Assembly (NCBI GenBank): GCA_951406725.2
Contig: OX597815.1
Coordinates: 53,816,001-53,880,000 of the forward strand
DNA length: 64,000 bases
Reading direction: 5' to 3'
Source of the DNA: Octopus vulgaris
Lineage: Eukaryota
A program made the position numbers and the translations under genes. Under the pieces are notes generated by a model, which was not told the origin of the DNA, searched no databases, and was given only the letters and a program-made list of their open reading frames with translations. Within the stretch, counting starts at the first letter, position 1; every line of letters starts with the position of its first letter. This document shows positions 51,510 to 64,000 of the stretch, piece after piece.

Positions 51510-53077
51510 TTCAATTTAAACAGGTATTCCTTTGGCTACAACGAGTGTTACAGTTGATTCGATCGATGGAACATCCGGCACGTGAAATTAACATGCAAGT
51601 GGCTGAGCACTGCACAGACCTGCATACCCTTAACGTAATTCTCAGGGAGATTCAGCGTGACACAATGTGATAATGCTGGCCCTTTGAAATACAGGTACTA
51701 CTCATTTTTGCCATCTGAATGAGGCAACGTGAGATAAAGTGTCTTTCTTAAGGACACAATGCGCTGCAGAGAATCTAACTCGCTACCTTACGATCGTGAT
51801 TCAAATATCCTAACCACAATGCCACACGCATTTACATTCAGTTACATATAAAACATTCTCAGAGTTGCAAGTAATTATATACACTTGCACATACATAATT
51901 GGAATTAATCGAACGACATTATAGAGAATATCTGTAACCATCTGTAATTTGTATTATTTATTCAATTTATTTCCGGATCCCATTCATTGGATGTGCCCAA
52001 CCTGCAGCTGTATCTTTATTCCTGTATTCGAGTATATCACTCATGGTTTAATAGTTATTTTATTCCTATTTCGAAGGCGTAAGGCAAATTCGTTGGAGTG
52101 TAAAGGACCATAACTTGGACGGAACCAATATCATATTGTGTTCTTGTCCAACACACTTATGCTGTCACTCTACCCGGTACATACATACATGCATACATAC
52201 ACACATACACACACAGAAACACACACCAGGGAAACACGGGTTACACGAACCAAAGGTATTGCATTATGATAGAACTTGGAGACGCTTACTAACAAATCGA
52301 ACTTATTAACTGCGTGGCCATGTCTGAGCTCCTCAAGGTCGGAGTGGTAAGAAAATGAACAGTGTTTTGGAAGCTAAGGTCATGAATGCAGTTTGTTTGT
52401 TATTTATTTGCTGTACTAAGAACAACATCAGTACATTCAAGTAAATAAGAGAATTAAATATTTAATTATATAGTTGTATCTCTTACGTCTTGTAACATAC
52501 GAACTGGTTTCCGATGTTCATATGGCTTTTATTGTAATAATAAAGTATGAAGCGGTCAGTTGTAGCTAATTACATTAGTAGTCAATTTACCGTAATATAT
52601 CGTCCCAGTGATCAAATGATCTTTTAATTTAATTTTGGTACAAAGTCATTTACTTCGTCGTCTTATTTATTTTTATTGTGTGCTTTCCCCGCACAGTTGA
52701 GCACGGGTTTGTATATCTTAGTGTTATGTAGTCTTTAATTTTGTTTTGTATTATGCAGTGTTTAATGTTGCTGTTTCTAATATATTGATAGTATTTTATA
52801 TAATGTGTCTAATAGTCGTATTTACAGTGTGTTGTATATTCTTGTAAGTAATGACGTTTTAGTTATAACTTCATTTGCATCTCTTGCTATCGCTATTACC
52901 GAAGCTTTTATGGAGGTTGTTACTGTTTCCAGTACCAACATTGTAGACATTTTGATTTCCAGTTCTTTATATTATGGATAAACAAACGCAGGAGTATGTG
53001 TCAGTTAAAAAAGAGTCCATTAGAGAGTCTGTAAGTTGATATATCACGTGGTGCCATCTCAATTTTTGCCTTTTTGC

Positions 53078-53108
<31 letters not shown>

Positions 53109-53299
53109 AGAGAGCAATTGAGAGACAAAGTGAGAGAGAGAAAAGTGAAAGAGAGAGATGGTGACAGACAGAGAGGGGCGAGGGAGAGAGTAAAAAAGAG
53201 TAAAATATATAGAAACATTGACACTACGGTCGTAAAATTGCGAATATAAATTCAATTAAAATAAAGGGATTATGCGTGTAGGTGGGAAGACAGCGAGGA

Positions 53300-53548
53300 A
53301 GAAGAGGAGTAAACTCCAGTAAGAGGTAGTGAGAGTAGTGTGTACGGAGAACAATAGGGGAAGAACTAGAGATTGAAAGAAAGATCGTTGATGGGAGAAG
53401 TTCGTAAAAAGTTTGAGAACAGTTGAAATGGCGTGCAGAATCTGGAGGGAATGAGATGTGAGGAAGAAAACTGAAAATAAAGACTGGAGTGGGAACTCAG
53501 AGATTTGTAGCTGACCGATGTAGGAATGTGAAGAATGTAAAGCGAGTG

Positions 53549-53586
<38 letters not shown>

Positions 53587-54350
53587 GGCGTGAGAGAGAG
53601 AGAGTGATGTCCAAAAAAACTGACGAATCCATTAGAGATGGTGTAAGTGAATTCCAGTGAGGGATCGTGGAAATTACTGAAAAAAATTTATGTAAATATT
53701 GAAATCCTCTTTGGTTTATGAAGTGCCAGATAGAAACATCATTGTATGAGTGTACAGTTTAAAGTTGGGTCCTATAAGATGGAAAACATTTGGACTTCAA
53801 CGAAGAATTATGCTTACTAGAGCCCATCTTGTCGCTTGCATCTAGTTTGCTCCTGCTTTTTTTGAGTGGTGCGTAACACAAAATAAGCAAGAACAATTTA
53901 GTGAGGACAATTTCGACGTAAGCGAAAAATGTAAAAGAGCTCGGTTCAGTTGTAGTGGAGTGTCAACATAAAAGAAGAATTTGAAGTCCGAGAATCTGTC
54001 CTTCTGGGATGACGGTGTATTGTAATTTATGCGCAATGTGAGGCGTTTACAGGATTTAGAAGTAAAAGTTAGAGAAAATGGTCGGTGTTTATGTGAGAGA
54101 AGCAACCAAGGGCGAGATGTCTGAAGCTTAGTTTGGTGGAAAAGCTACATGATAGTGCGAAGGCAATTGATTCTATTATGAATTTTGGAAAGGAAATGTA
54201 CAATGAAAATGTGGAATGCTTTGAAGATGTAGCTGGTAGAATGCTACAGAAATGAGATGAGCTGGCGTATAGTACTAGAGACGAGTTTTTGATTTGGAAG
54301 AGTATCGTCCTTAGGAAATTTTAGTATTTGTAAAGTTTCTCCATTTTTTG
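53300..54350 (-). mobile_element. Highly degraded Penelope-like element
   Basis: Minus-strand remnants YIGQ, ARHFN and an HKPTD-like segment, followed by a C/T-rich tail as in the 23535 copy. Confidence 0.45.
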
Positions 54351-54877
54351 CAGAAATATTATGTTCGTTTGAAAAGACGTAACTTCTTGGGGATAGACAT
54401 CTTAAATGGTTTGTATGAATATTAAATCGACCCCAGTTCTTGACTTTGGAAGTCTTTATTTCATCGACTTCCGACAGATGAAAGGCAAAGCTGATCTCAG
54501 TGGGATTTGATCTCTGAACATATATCGTAGTAAGTAGACACTGCAAATACTTTGTTCAATACTCCAAATTTATTTCTATTAGAGCAATTTATCTCCCTCT
54601 CTGTATGAATTACTATTATACAGATTTTGTTTATGATGTTATTGGTTTTTCATAAATACTATTAGTTTTATTATCGTGTTTCAACAGTTTTCATCTAGTT
54701 GTTACTATATTACAAGTTGCCTTTAATGTTCCTAAGCGTGAGTATAATTTCCTTCTGGGAGTGAAGAATTGTGTTTAAGTCAGCAATACTGCGTTGCGGG
54801 AATTGCTTGTTGTTTCTGGTATTATTTCCGTGTTTTTCTGTTAGGCAGAGTATGTATAATGCGAGTTGTAATATTGA

Positions 54878-55082
54878 TTTCCAAATTTGTCACAAGGCCA
54901 GCAACTTCGGGGGAGCAGTTAAGTTGATTATATCGATCCCAGTGTTCAACTGGAACTTATTTTATGGACCCCGATAGGATGAACAGCAAAGTCGACCTGT
55001 GCAGAATTTGAACTCAGAACGTAAAGACGTACAAACACCGTTAAGCATTTTGCCCGGCGTGCTAACGATTCTGCCAGCTCAC
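54878..55082 (-). mobile_element. tRNA-head SINE (30142 family); a more decayed copy lies at ~54400-54565
   Basis: gaccccgataggatgaacagcaaagtcgacc..gaatttgaactcagaacgtaaag..ttctgccagctc. Confidence 0.8.
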
Positions 55083-55792
55083 CAATTCAACTCGATATTC
55101 AAGAGAATCGAGAAGAAAATTGGTCTGGGACTGGGATGGAGATCATGGTTAGGTTAAAACCGGAAACCTAGTGCAAAATTCGTAAACTTATTGAATGAGG
55201 TACCACCACAGGTCATAATACAACATGGCAGGGAAACACCCATAATTCACGAAAACAAAATGAAAACCAACCGTGGTATCAGAAGCATAAATTCCGTCAA
55301 TTACTCTAACAAAAGCGGCAGCATTGATAGCAGAAGTAGCATTCCAAACAACAGATGCAACACTGAAGAGCAGCCCCAACAACAACAACAACAGCCATAG
55401 CGCGGAGACCAGTAGCGCAATTCGTGAAACAGGAAACCCATTACAACTCTCAGTTGAGAGAACTTTCACTCCAAGTCCACCAACACAGAGAATCATTACC
55501 TCTTTCTTTCTACACTGGTATGGTCGATGAAAATATGAGGTAGTTACAAAAAATATGTTTCAAGGCCGAGAGAGAGCACAGCTGAGAAAATGCAAAAGGA
55601 AAGACAGAGAAAAAACAAAAACAAAAAAATCATCCCATCTTTCATTAACACCAAGTAAACCGTAAGCCCAATCACAATATACTCATAAATACAATCAATA
55701 AACACAAAGAAAGTCCAGAAAGGTGCAGGTTTCAACGAATTTCTGACAAAATTTTGCAGAAGAGGCTATTGATTCAAACTGACGCAAACATA

Positions 55793-56182
55793 TTCTTTCA
55801 TTCTTTTAGTTCTTTCAGTCATTTTTACAGTGGCTATGTTGGAGGACAGCCTGTTAGTCGAAGAAATTGAGTCCTGGATATTCTTTGTAAGCCTGGCACT
55901 TATCCTATCGGTCTTTTTGCCGAACCGCTAAGTTACGGGGATGTAAACACACCAAGATCAGTTGTCAAGCGATGGTGGAGGAACAAACACAGACACGAAC
56001 ACACAAATATATACATATACATATACTACAGACTTCTTTCAGTTTCCCGCTACCAAACCCACTCACAAGGCTTTGGTCGGCCAGAAGCTATAGTAGAAGA
56101 CACTAGCCCAAGGTGTCACGCAGTTGGACTGAACCCGGAATCATGTGGTTGGGAAGCAAGCTTCTTACCTCACAGCTACGCC
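55793..56182 (-). mobile_element. CORE-type SINE
   Basis: Collinear with 256-590, including head and tail. Confidence 0.82.
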
Positions 56183-56339
56183 TGACCTTTAAAAAGTATA
56201 ATACAGACTTTGGGCTCTTAGGTAAAACCGGACAGACAAATCTAGGCCTTTCACTATTTCTTATTCAGCTAACGACACTAGATCACAAGGAAATCTCACA
56301 GGCCAAGGGGAGTGCCATCTGCACTATTCTTTTCTAGCT

Positions 56340-57640
56340 TCTCTTAGAGTGGGCTAAAATAATCTAGGTAATCTGAGAACGGCTTCGAACTAAATATATT
56401 TACTCAACGATCTCAAGTAACTTGACACAGATATTGTAGCCATTAATGAGAGCAAGATATCTGGAGAATACACTCCGTCACGCATATTTTTTATGAATAT
56501 GTCGCAGTCTTTCGGGGTCGAGTAGCAGAGTGGCAGCGTTACTCAGAAAATACTTAAATTCTTACCGGATTTGGACGTTAAGGTGATGGTCTTCAACATG
56601 AGTGGTAGTGAAGGTGGTGCTTTCAGACTAGCTGTCGTCTATACCCCAACAAGAGCAGAACGGTCCTATTTCTTCAGAGGTTTGCCTTATTTCTTATAAA
56701 AAAAGATCGGAAATGCATTTTGGATGCAGAACGATATTATGCTGAGCTTGCACATAGGAGGGTACAGAAGCATAACACACTCAGAAGATTTTAAACTGTC
56801 AGACAGATATCGAGCGGATTTTCTGAATGTGCCAGCGTAGACACGGAGTAACTGATATTGGTCATCCAGTTCGTATTTAGAGATTTCGTTACTCCAGTAG
56901 ATTAGAATAGTGTAAGTTGTCAACTGTTCAACGCAGTCAGTCGGCTGCACAGACTGCAACTTTGTGACATGCAGAGTCGAAAACCAGTAGAGAGGGATCC
57001 AGATACTGGAAGCTGGACGCATCTTTACCTGTACACAAACACAGTATGGACCGGATTAATGACTGAATTAATCGAGGGCAATCGTTCATAACTAGTCTCG
57101 CAGTGCACTGAAGAGGATGATAACAACAAAATAGATAGGAATTAGCAAAAAATTAACAAAAGAGACGATTATACTGGAAGAGATATTGTTAACAATCATG
57201 AAGAAACGATGAATGAAGGTATTGCGACCAACGTACTAGCTGCGAGAATGGTTCTCGACTATTTTTTTACTCAAAACTCTACTGCTGCAATATCAAAGCT
57301 AAGGCTTGTGCATTAAAACACGTTCGGAAAAGTCTACCCTCGGGAAAAAGCACGAGAGTCATTGAAAAGTTAATAACAGCAGATGAGATTCAGGAGGCAA
57401 TGAGCTGTTGCGCGGAAAGGAAATTATACAATTTGGCAGGTAATTTTTCGAGTCACACGATTATATACCGGCCTTGTTTGACAATCTTATAGTAGACGTC
57501 TAGCACCACTGGGAGCTGAACGGAAGAATTTCTAGTGCTGTTAGCTGTTATGGAGTAAAGCTGCCAAGAAAGAACGCCGAAAGGGCGGACGATGCGGACA
57601 ATTTTGATCTGGAGGAGAATTGAATATTTTGATCAAAACT
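56340..57640 (+). mobile_element. Degraded L1/Tx1-like LINE (APE endonuclease relic); 55100-55740 may be its ORF1 remnant
   Basis: DTDIVAINESK, VAALLRK and FRLAVVYTPT remnants, with many stops. Confidence 0.45.
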
Positions 57641-58954
57641 GGCGCTTGTTATCAGTAGACTGGTTAGTGAAGCGTAAATATGCAAACTCCACCTCCTGCG
57701 ATACATAATGGAGAGGCTTGATAACGAATTTGTTTCGGTGGGACTCTAATATATTTTGATCAGTAATGATTTGGAAGGTTTTGACGACAGAGTCGCCATC
57801 ATTAGTGGGTAGCTCCATAATGTACAATGGCACTTGCTCAGTGGGCAAAGTAAATATACAAGTACATATTATCATCTTCTGGGATGCATCTTATAGATAA
57901 TCAATGAAGATTACCTATAAAACACATAACAAAAATAGTTGTGTAGACCAATTATAAATGGGACAACGAGCAGATTCTTTAAGTTACTTCATTCAAAAGA
58001 TAAATTGGTGTAATTACGTAGCTTTTCAGCTCGCTTCTGTAATGCATTACATACACTTGCTATGGCTATGTCTATTATTAATAATTTACCTCATATTCTG
58101 AACCCCTGAAATAACTTTCTAGCATTGAAGAATGAAAGAGAATAAAATTATTGGTTTGTGTCGAACATCCTATTGTTTTAAAATCCAAACAAAGACGATA
58201 GTTATTTAAACAACAATTTTTATGTATAATTAATCTGTTATTGCCTGTTTTGTGACTAATTTTATTTCATCGAACGAACTGTGTATTCACTTTTATTGCA
58301 GAATTTGCTTTTATCTCTATCATTGCCTCCCCACTGTTCCATCTATTTTACTATTTGTTTGTTCACTTCTCTTTGTCTTCTTTATACAGTTACCACCATG
58401 GCTGTTTGACAAAGTATGTATGCATATTTGTATGTATGTAAGTACGTGTGTTTGTGTGTATGGAAGTATGTATGCCTCTGCCAATAAGTCGATATTTCTG
58501 TTCTTTCTATCTGTGTATAACTGACGTTAATGATGTGTCTGAAAATTATCTGGCGAGCTAGTGTTTCTATGTTTAACACGTTGTTGGCTTAGGCCATGAA
58601 ACCTGTTATTTTGAAAAGGGGAATTCAAGACTAAAATATCAAATTATAAAGTGACAAATTGCGGTTCACTGCCCTTCGAAACTAGTTATCGGATAAAACA
58701 ATTTGGCAGTGCGCTGCAGAAAATTAAAACAAAACTCACTCATTACACACACACATACACACGCACACATACATGCATATGTAGCCACATTAACATGTAC
58801 ACATACTTATACATACACATGTGCACATACTCAAGACCCTGTATATATACACATATGCATCCATGCATAGATACATACAAACACATATAGCCACATTTCT
58901 GCATCGTTCCAATTTTACTGTATGCATTGCCAAAGCAATACCACATATAGCCAC

Positions 58955-59033
58955 ATAGCCACGATAACATGTACACATACTTTTGCATATACAAATTCGC
59001 GTAGATATACATACATGCATATATATGAGTGTG

Positions 59034-59066
<33 letters not shown>

Positions 59067-59862
59067 TGTGGGTGTGTTTGTGTGCGTTGTGTATGTATGT
59101 AAGCGTGAGTTTGTATGTTCGTATGTGTGTATGAATGCATACATGCATCTATGTATGTATAAAATGTAAGGTGTACCATTTTAAATAAAGATAAATTTTA
59201 GCTTCGTGCTGAAAAGTAAACAAAATTATCATACTATAACTTCTCTTAACTAGTTTCGGAAGCCCCACTCGGAAGAATAATACCCCTCTTCTGTACACAA
59301 TGAGATTATTAACTTGAACAAGGACTCGATTTAATAGTCAGTTTAATTTACATGCGCTCTCAAGAGCATTTAACGACATATTGAGGATTTTATGAAAAGT
59401 AAAGTATATCTTTTTATTTTAACGAAGATAAAATCTTTTCATAAAATCCTCAATATGTCGTAAATGCTCTTGAGAGCGCATGTAAATTAAACTGACTATT
59501 AAATCGAGTCCTTGTTCAAGTTAATAATCTCATTGTGTACAGAAGAGGGGTATTATTCTTCCGAGTGGGGCTTCCGAAACTAGTTAAGAGAAGTTATAGT
59601 ATAATAATTTTGTTTACTTTTCAGCACGAAGCTAAAATTTATCTTTATTTAAAATGGTACACCTTACATTTTATACATACATAGATGCATGTATGCATTC
59701 ATACACACATACGAACATACAAACTCACGCTTACATACATACACAACGCACACAAACACACCCACACACACTCACACAACACACACACTCATATATATGC
59801 ATGTATGTATATCTACGCGAATTTGTATATGCAAAAGTATGTGTACATGTTATCGTGGCTAT
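58955..59862. repeat. Long inverted repeat (arms 58955-59399 and 59435-59862, 35-bp spacer)
   Basis: The arms are reverse complements with few differences. A 30-bp direct repeat at 59405-59434 and 59862-59891 flanks the right arm. Confidence 0.95.
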
Positions 59863-60378
59863 ATATCTTTTTATTTTAACGAAGATAAAATAAGTACGAG
59901 GTTTAACATATAGATACTGGGGTCCCATCGTTCGACTAAAACCCTTCAAAGACCTGCCCCAGCATATCCTTATACTAATGACTGAAATAAGTCAAATATG
60001 AAATTGAGATATATCTGACTAGTGTTCTGTCTTCTCATACATTTATGTGTTAAAGAATTGCCATCTTCTGTCCACAGAATGATAGCTATTATTTATACGA
60101 ACTAGAATTCAGCTAAATTGGTAGGTATAAAGGCTCTGATAAGCATATATTGTAGAAAATTAGGGAAGAAGAAAATTCATATGAAAGAGAATCAATTTTT
60201 AAAAAGTGTTTTATAACCGACAAAAGTGTAGAATAAGTTATTAATATTTACTTCTACTTTACGTTTCTATTGAATCTTCAATCGACATTCGGTGTCATAT
60301 AAATAAGAGGTTAAATGTGGAGAATAATATATTAAAAAAAAAAGATAATTAAAAGTAATTTAAAAGATTTGGACTCAC

Positions 60379-60546
60379 TTTTCAAAGACCTGGTCCAAGC
60401 ATGGTCGGATACAGGAAACAATCCATAAAGGCAGGGCAAAAATCCCAATTTCTGGTGCTAGAGGAATCGGTCCACCACCACTTATCATGATAAGCCTCCA
60501 GACACGCCTGGCTCGTTCACGAGCCAGTACCGTGGTGAAAGCACAT
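60379..60546 (-). CDS. ABHD8: ABHD8-like alpha/beta hydrolase, internal coding exon (first one visible; upstream exons with the G-x-S-x-G nucleophile were not found in the window)
   Basis: 168-bp exon with a ttttag acceptor (AG at 60548-60547) and a gtgagt donor (60378). It reads 1 nt + CAFTTVLARERARRVWRLIMISGGGPIPLAPEIGIFALPLWIVSCIRPCLDQVFE + AA, resembling the ABHD8 segment after the nucleophile elbow (..IMINGGGP..P..IF..P..L.PCL). Not in the ORF track. Confidence 0.88.
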
Positions 60547-61887
60547 CTAAAAGAGATAATTAGAAATAATACATAAAATATTACAAATAATTTTAAGCAA
60601 GTTAAAAATGAAAATGCATAAACTTTCAGCTTTCTTTATTTGTATCCATTGTTTAACGTATCTCTCGAGAGGCAAATATATGAGAGTACGTTGGCACATG
60701 TGTATATACTCTCTTTCTCATTGGAGTTTCAATACTTATTTTGACTGATCATCTCTTTTCTGCTGTGGTTAAGTAGGAAAGTAAAGATAATGAAGATAAC
60801 TGGAATAATTCCTTCGTTAAATTATTCACCCTTAAAATGTTTAGGTTCTGTATATTATGTATTGTCCTAAACAGGTTGGTTATATTCGTATATATATATA
60901 TTGCAGAGTTATAGTCTATGTTTAAATACACTTCAATCTATGCATGTTGGTACACATTATGCTAATCCTATTGTAAATTAACAGAAAGATGAGATACTCG
61001 TATGACTTAGCTATCCATTTTGTGTTCGTAACCCATTGTACATTGTGAGTAATGATCTCAGGTTCTGGGTAAATGGACTTACAAATTGTTTATCTCCTCG
61101 TGCTCCTTTTGGATAACTATAGAAGCCTTAAGTTTTCTTTCCTATTTAGGATGATCAATTCTTGTCTCGCTTGGTTTTTAGCCTAAAGCAATTTTGTTGA
61201 GGATTCAGGATAACCTCAGATTTTGGATCTGCTTCCGGCTGATAGCCAGAAGCCCGAATTTCTGTTGTAGCTTCAAATAGGGCTTCTCCGTCAACAGCTT
61301 TATAATATCAGGGTATTTAGTCTACTACGTTACGTATGAAAAATACACCTACGAGTGTATTTGATAAATATTCTTGAAGTCATATTAAAACCCTGTTGTT
61401 ACAACGGTCGTTAGCATGACATCTTCCGACTGGTTTTAGTTATTTCTTTCAGTGATTGGAGGATTTCCCTAGAAGTCCTTATCTCTTGATTTTACTACTT
61501 ATGAAATGGCTCCACAAATCATTGAAAACAAATATTGAACCCACCACTCAAGCCTCTGACTTAATCTTTAACTGTTATTTGGAGCTTTCGTTTTCACTAA
61601 ATAAACAATAATACTAATATTTAGAAGTACTATTTATACTGCTACGACCACTATCACTAACATCAACAACAATACTAAAGGTGTCCATGATGACGATAGT
61701 AGGAAAATACCAGTTAGGTCAAGAGAAGAGTCAGTAAAAATAATCTTATTTAGGGTTTAAAGTTCTATTACCACAGCGACCCATACCACCACCAACAACA
61801 ATAATACAAGTGATGATAATGGTGATGACGATAATTGAAATGTAAAAATCCCTGGGAAATATTGCTTACAACATTTCTATAAATATA

Positions 61888-62111
61888 TTTCTTTACTACC
61901 CACAAGGGGCTAAACACAGAGGGGACAAACAAGGACAGACAAACGGATTAAGTCGATTACATCGACCCCAGTGCGTAACTGGTACTTAATTTATCGACCC
62001 CGAAAGGATGAAAGGCAAAGTCGACCTCGGCGGAATTTGAACCCAGAACGTAACGGCAGACGAAATACGGCTACGCATTTCACCCGGCGTGCTAACGTTT
62101 CTGCCAGTTCA
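61888..62111 (-). mobile_element. Young tRNA-head SINE
   Basis: Near-identical to 30142-30370. Confidence 0.88.
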
Positions 62112-62428
62112 CCTAAAAATAGCAAAACGATTACTGCTTCGACCAAAGTAAAAAAACAGGTCTCTTGACATGTTCAACAAACCGTGACGCCTAAACCAAA
62201 CACCAATCAACTTCAGTAATTTAGTAAAGCGACATACTGATTGGTCTGAATACAGTTTGCAGAACTTAAGCTTCTGGAGCCTATACAATGTATTTAAGGC
62301 ACACAGTTCAGCCATCTCACTACAGTTGTAAATTTTAAAATATATCTGTCACTACTACAAGATTACATAGTTTAATGCATGAAAGTACTAGTTCAATCAG
62401 AATGGACATCTAATATTCTATCATTTCA

Positions 62429-63733
62429 TTATCTCCGCCAAGGAAGGTGGTTATGTTTTCATCGGCGCTGGTTTGTCCGCCTGTCCGTCTGTGTGCAAAA
62501 TAACTCAAACACTTGTGAACGGTATTTGATGGAACTTGCAGGAAAAGTTGGAAATGACACAAGTAACAGATGATGAAATTTTGGTAGTGATCCGGGAATT
62601 TTTATGGATTCTTGAAGGATTTTTCATCTGTTATATTTACATTACATGAAGTATTACAATATTACGTTCTTTGATTATCTCCCTTGAAAACACGTTCGTC
62701 GCTTCCACGTAACCTATGGTGGCGTTGCTCTTTCCAAAGTTTATTTTCGTTTCTCTATTAGTAATTTTACTCGCGTATCTATCTTGAAATGAGCGGTTTG
62801 GTGAAGGTCTGTGGAGGAGGACATGACAAACTTTGACTATTGTGATCGATTCAAAAAGCTCAGGCTTTGCTCCCTCCACCGCCGCTGTGAGCTCTATATT
62901 ATCTGTATGATGTGAAAAATATTCCATCAACATTGCCCATCTTTAAAATTCGTCCGAGGCTTGGCCCCCGTGCCATCCGCCCACTACAGAAATGCTCGTG
63001 TCGTATCACAACACTATGACAGAACTATTTCACCTCAATTGGCCCTGCTGTCTTCAACATTGTGCCAGACACACATAAAGGAGGAAAGTGACTTCACGGC
63101 ATTCAAACAATCCTTAGATGATAACCCCCAACAAATACCAGATAAACCACACCCACCCAGATATGTCTCTGAAAAACATAGCCCTCTGCTTGAATAGGCT
63201 ACGATTCCCCAGAGCTTACTGTGTATCTCTTCCAGGTGGTGCTATTAAATTTGACATGACCTGAGTTATCTTCGGCCGAAACTTATCTAAGTAATCTAAT
63301 CTATGCTGTAACCTTTTAATCAAAGCATGGCAACGTGAGTATAGGCTGATATCATAACATTTTGATGGTCTGAAGTATAAAAAAATATTAAAGGTTTATA
63401 TAGAACTACATTCAGAGTATGTCTATAAGCTATTGTGTTTAGACCTAGCTTCTATCCTCAAACTGTTCCGTTTCGTAGATGCAATTTTGTTTCTTTCTTA
63501 ATAAAGCACTCTGAAATTAGAAAAATAAAAAATCTGCAACAATCTCGGGCCCATGATTATCGGATAATGGATTTTCAGATGTGTGAAGAAACTGATTGTG
63601 GTAATCGTAGTTTTGACGGTGATTGTGGTGAAAGCAGATACAGTGTTGATGATGGCGATGGTCGCGATAAGTCTGGAAGGAAGAAAATGAGGTGCTTGGC
63701 AGAGGGCTGTGCTCTCCGAGTGATTTTCTAGTT
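62429..63733 (+). mobile_element. Non-autonomous Helentron-like (HINE/DINE-type) element with an internal CR1-like 3' end (~62900-63300)
   Basis: 5' ttatctccgccaaggaaggtggttatgttttc..gtccgcctgtccgtctg and 3' cttggcagagggctgtgctctccgagtgattttctagtt (subterminal inverted ctccgccaag/cttggcagag, short hairpin, CTAGTT end). Internal GPAVFNIVP and FKQSLDD..IPDKPHPP peptides. Confidence 0.6.
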
Positions 63734-63829
63734 ATATTATATTATCCATAAGATTGTAAGTAAAACGTGAAAATCGAAGTTGGAATTTCTTTCAGTAATA
63801 TATATTCTATACACAGCCATACACATCCG

Positions 63830-63879
<50 letters not shown>

Positions 63880-64000
63880 ATGTATGTATGTATTTATGTA
63901 TGCGTGTGTGTAAAGTGGGTGTGCCTATAGTTGATGTGTGCATTTCATACATAAGTGTGAATACTGTTCCTCTGGGGTTAAACCATAGGGCTTTCAGTAG

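Larger units (their letters stand above)
15698..60378 (-). other. ABHD8: 44,681-bp GT-AG intron of the ABHD8-like gene
   Basis: The flanking exons join in phase (VFEK|SAF) and are collinear with ABHD8 (..SFLK-AGF..), leaving no missing protein segment. Confidence 0.8.

Noticed and set aside
9790-62111. About 8 of 10 copies of one SINE family lie in the host-gene sense orientation
   Set aside because: Too few copies to distinguish from chance.
1-64000. CRISPR arrays, rRNA genes, prokaryotic operons
   Set aside because: No repeat-spacer array or rRNA-like sequence; the window is eukaryotic with spliceosomal introns.

Overview
AT-rich, microsatellite- and transposon-dense animal DNA, most likely an octopus/coleoid cephalopod (inferred from the SINE families and repeat landscape, not proven). 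One host gene is visible, on the minus strand: the 3' part of an ABHD8-like alpha/beta hydrolase with three in-phase coding exons (60546-60379, 15697-15490, 14820-10264) and a 44.7-kb intron. The last exon does not stop where vertebrate ABHD8 ends. It continues for about 1,480 residues of disordered sequence with eight W-A-E-[RK]-H motifs, seven of them spaced 47-52 aa apart. The rest of the window is transposon-derived: R4/Dong-type, RTE, CR1-like and Tx1-like LINE relics, Penelope fragments, a Ty3/Gypsy element nested in a Dong 3' end, a Tc1 (DD34E) element, Helentron-like elements and several SINE families. Less obvious signals are about eight hammerhead-ribozyme-like motifs (one family has a fixed A6U core change), an HDV-like ribozyme on an inverted RTE 5' segment, and a ~430-bp inverted duplication with 30-bp flanking direct repeats close to an exon. 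Most short ORFs in the supplied track are microsatellite artefacts. All alignments were done by eye and no database searches were run.
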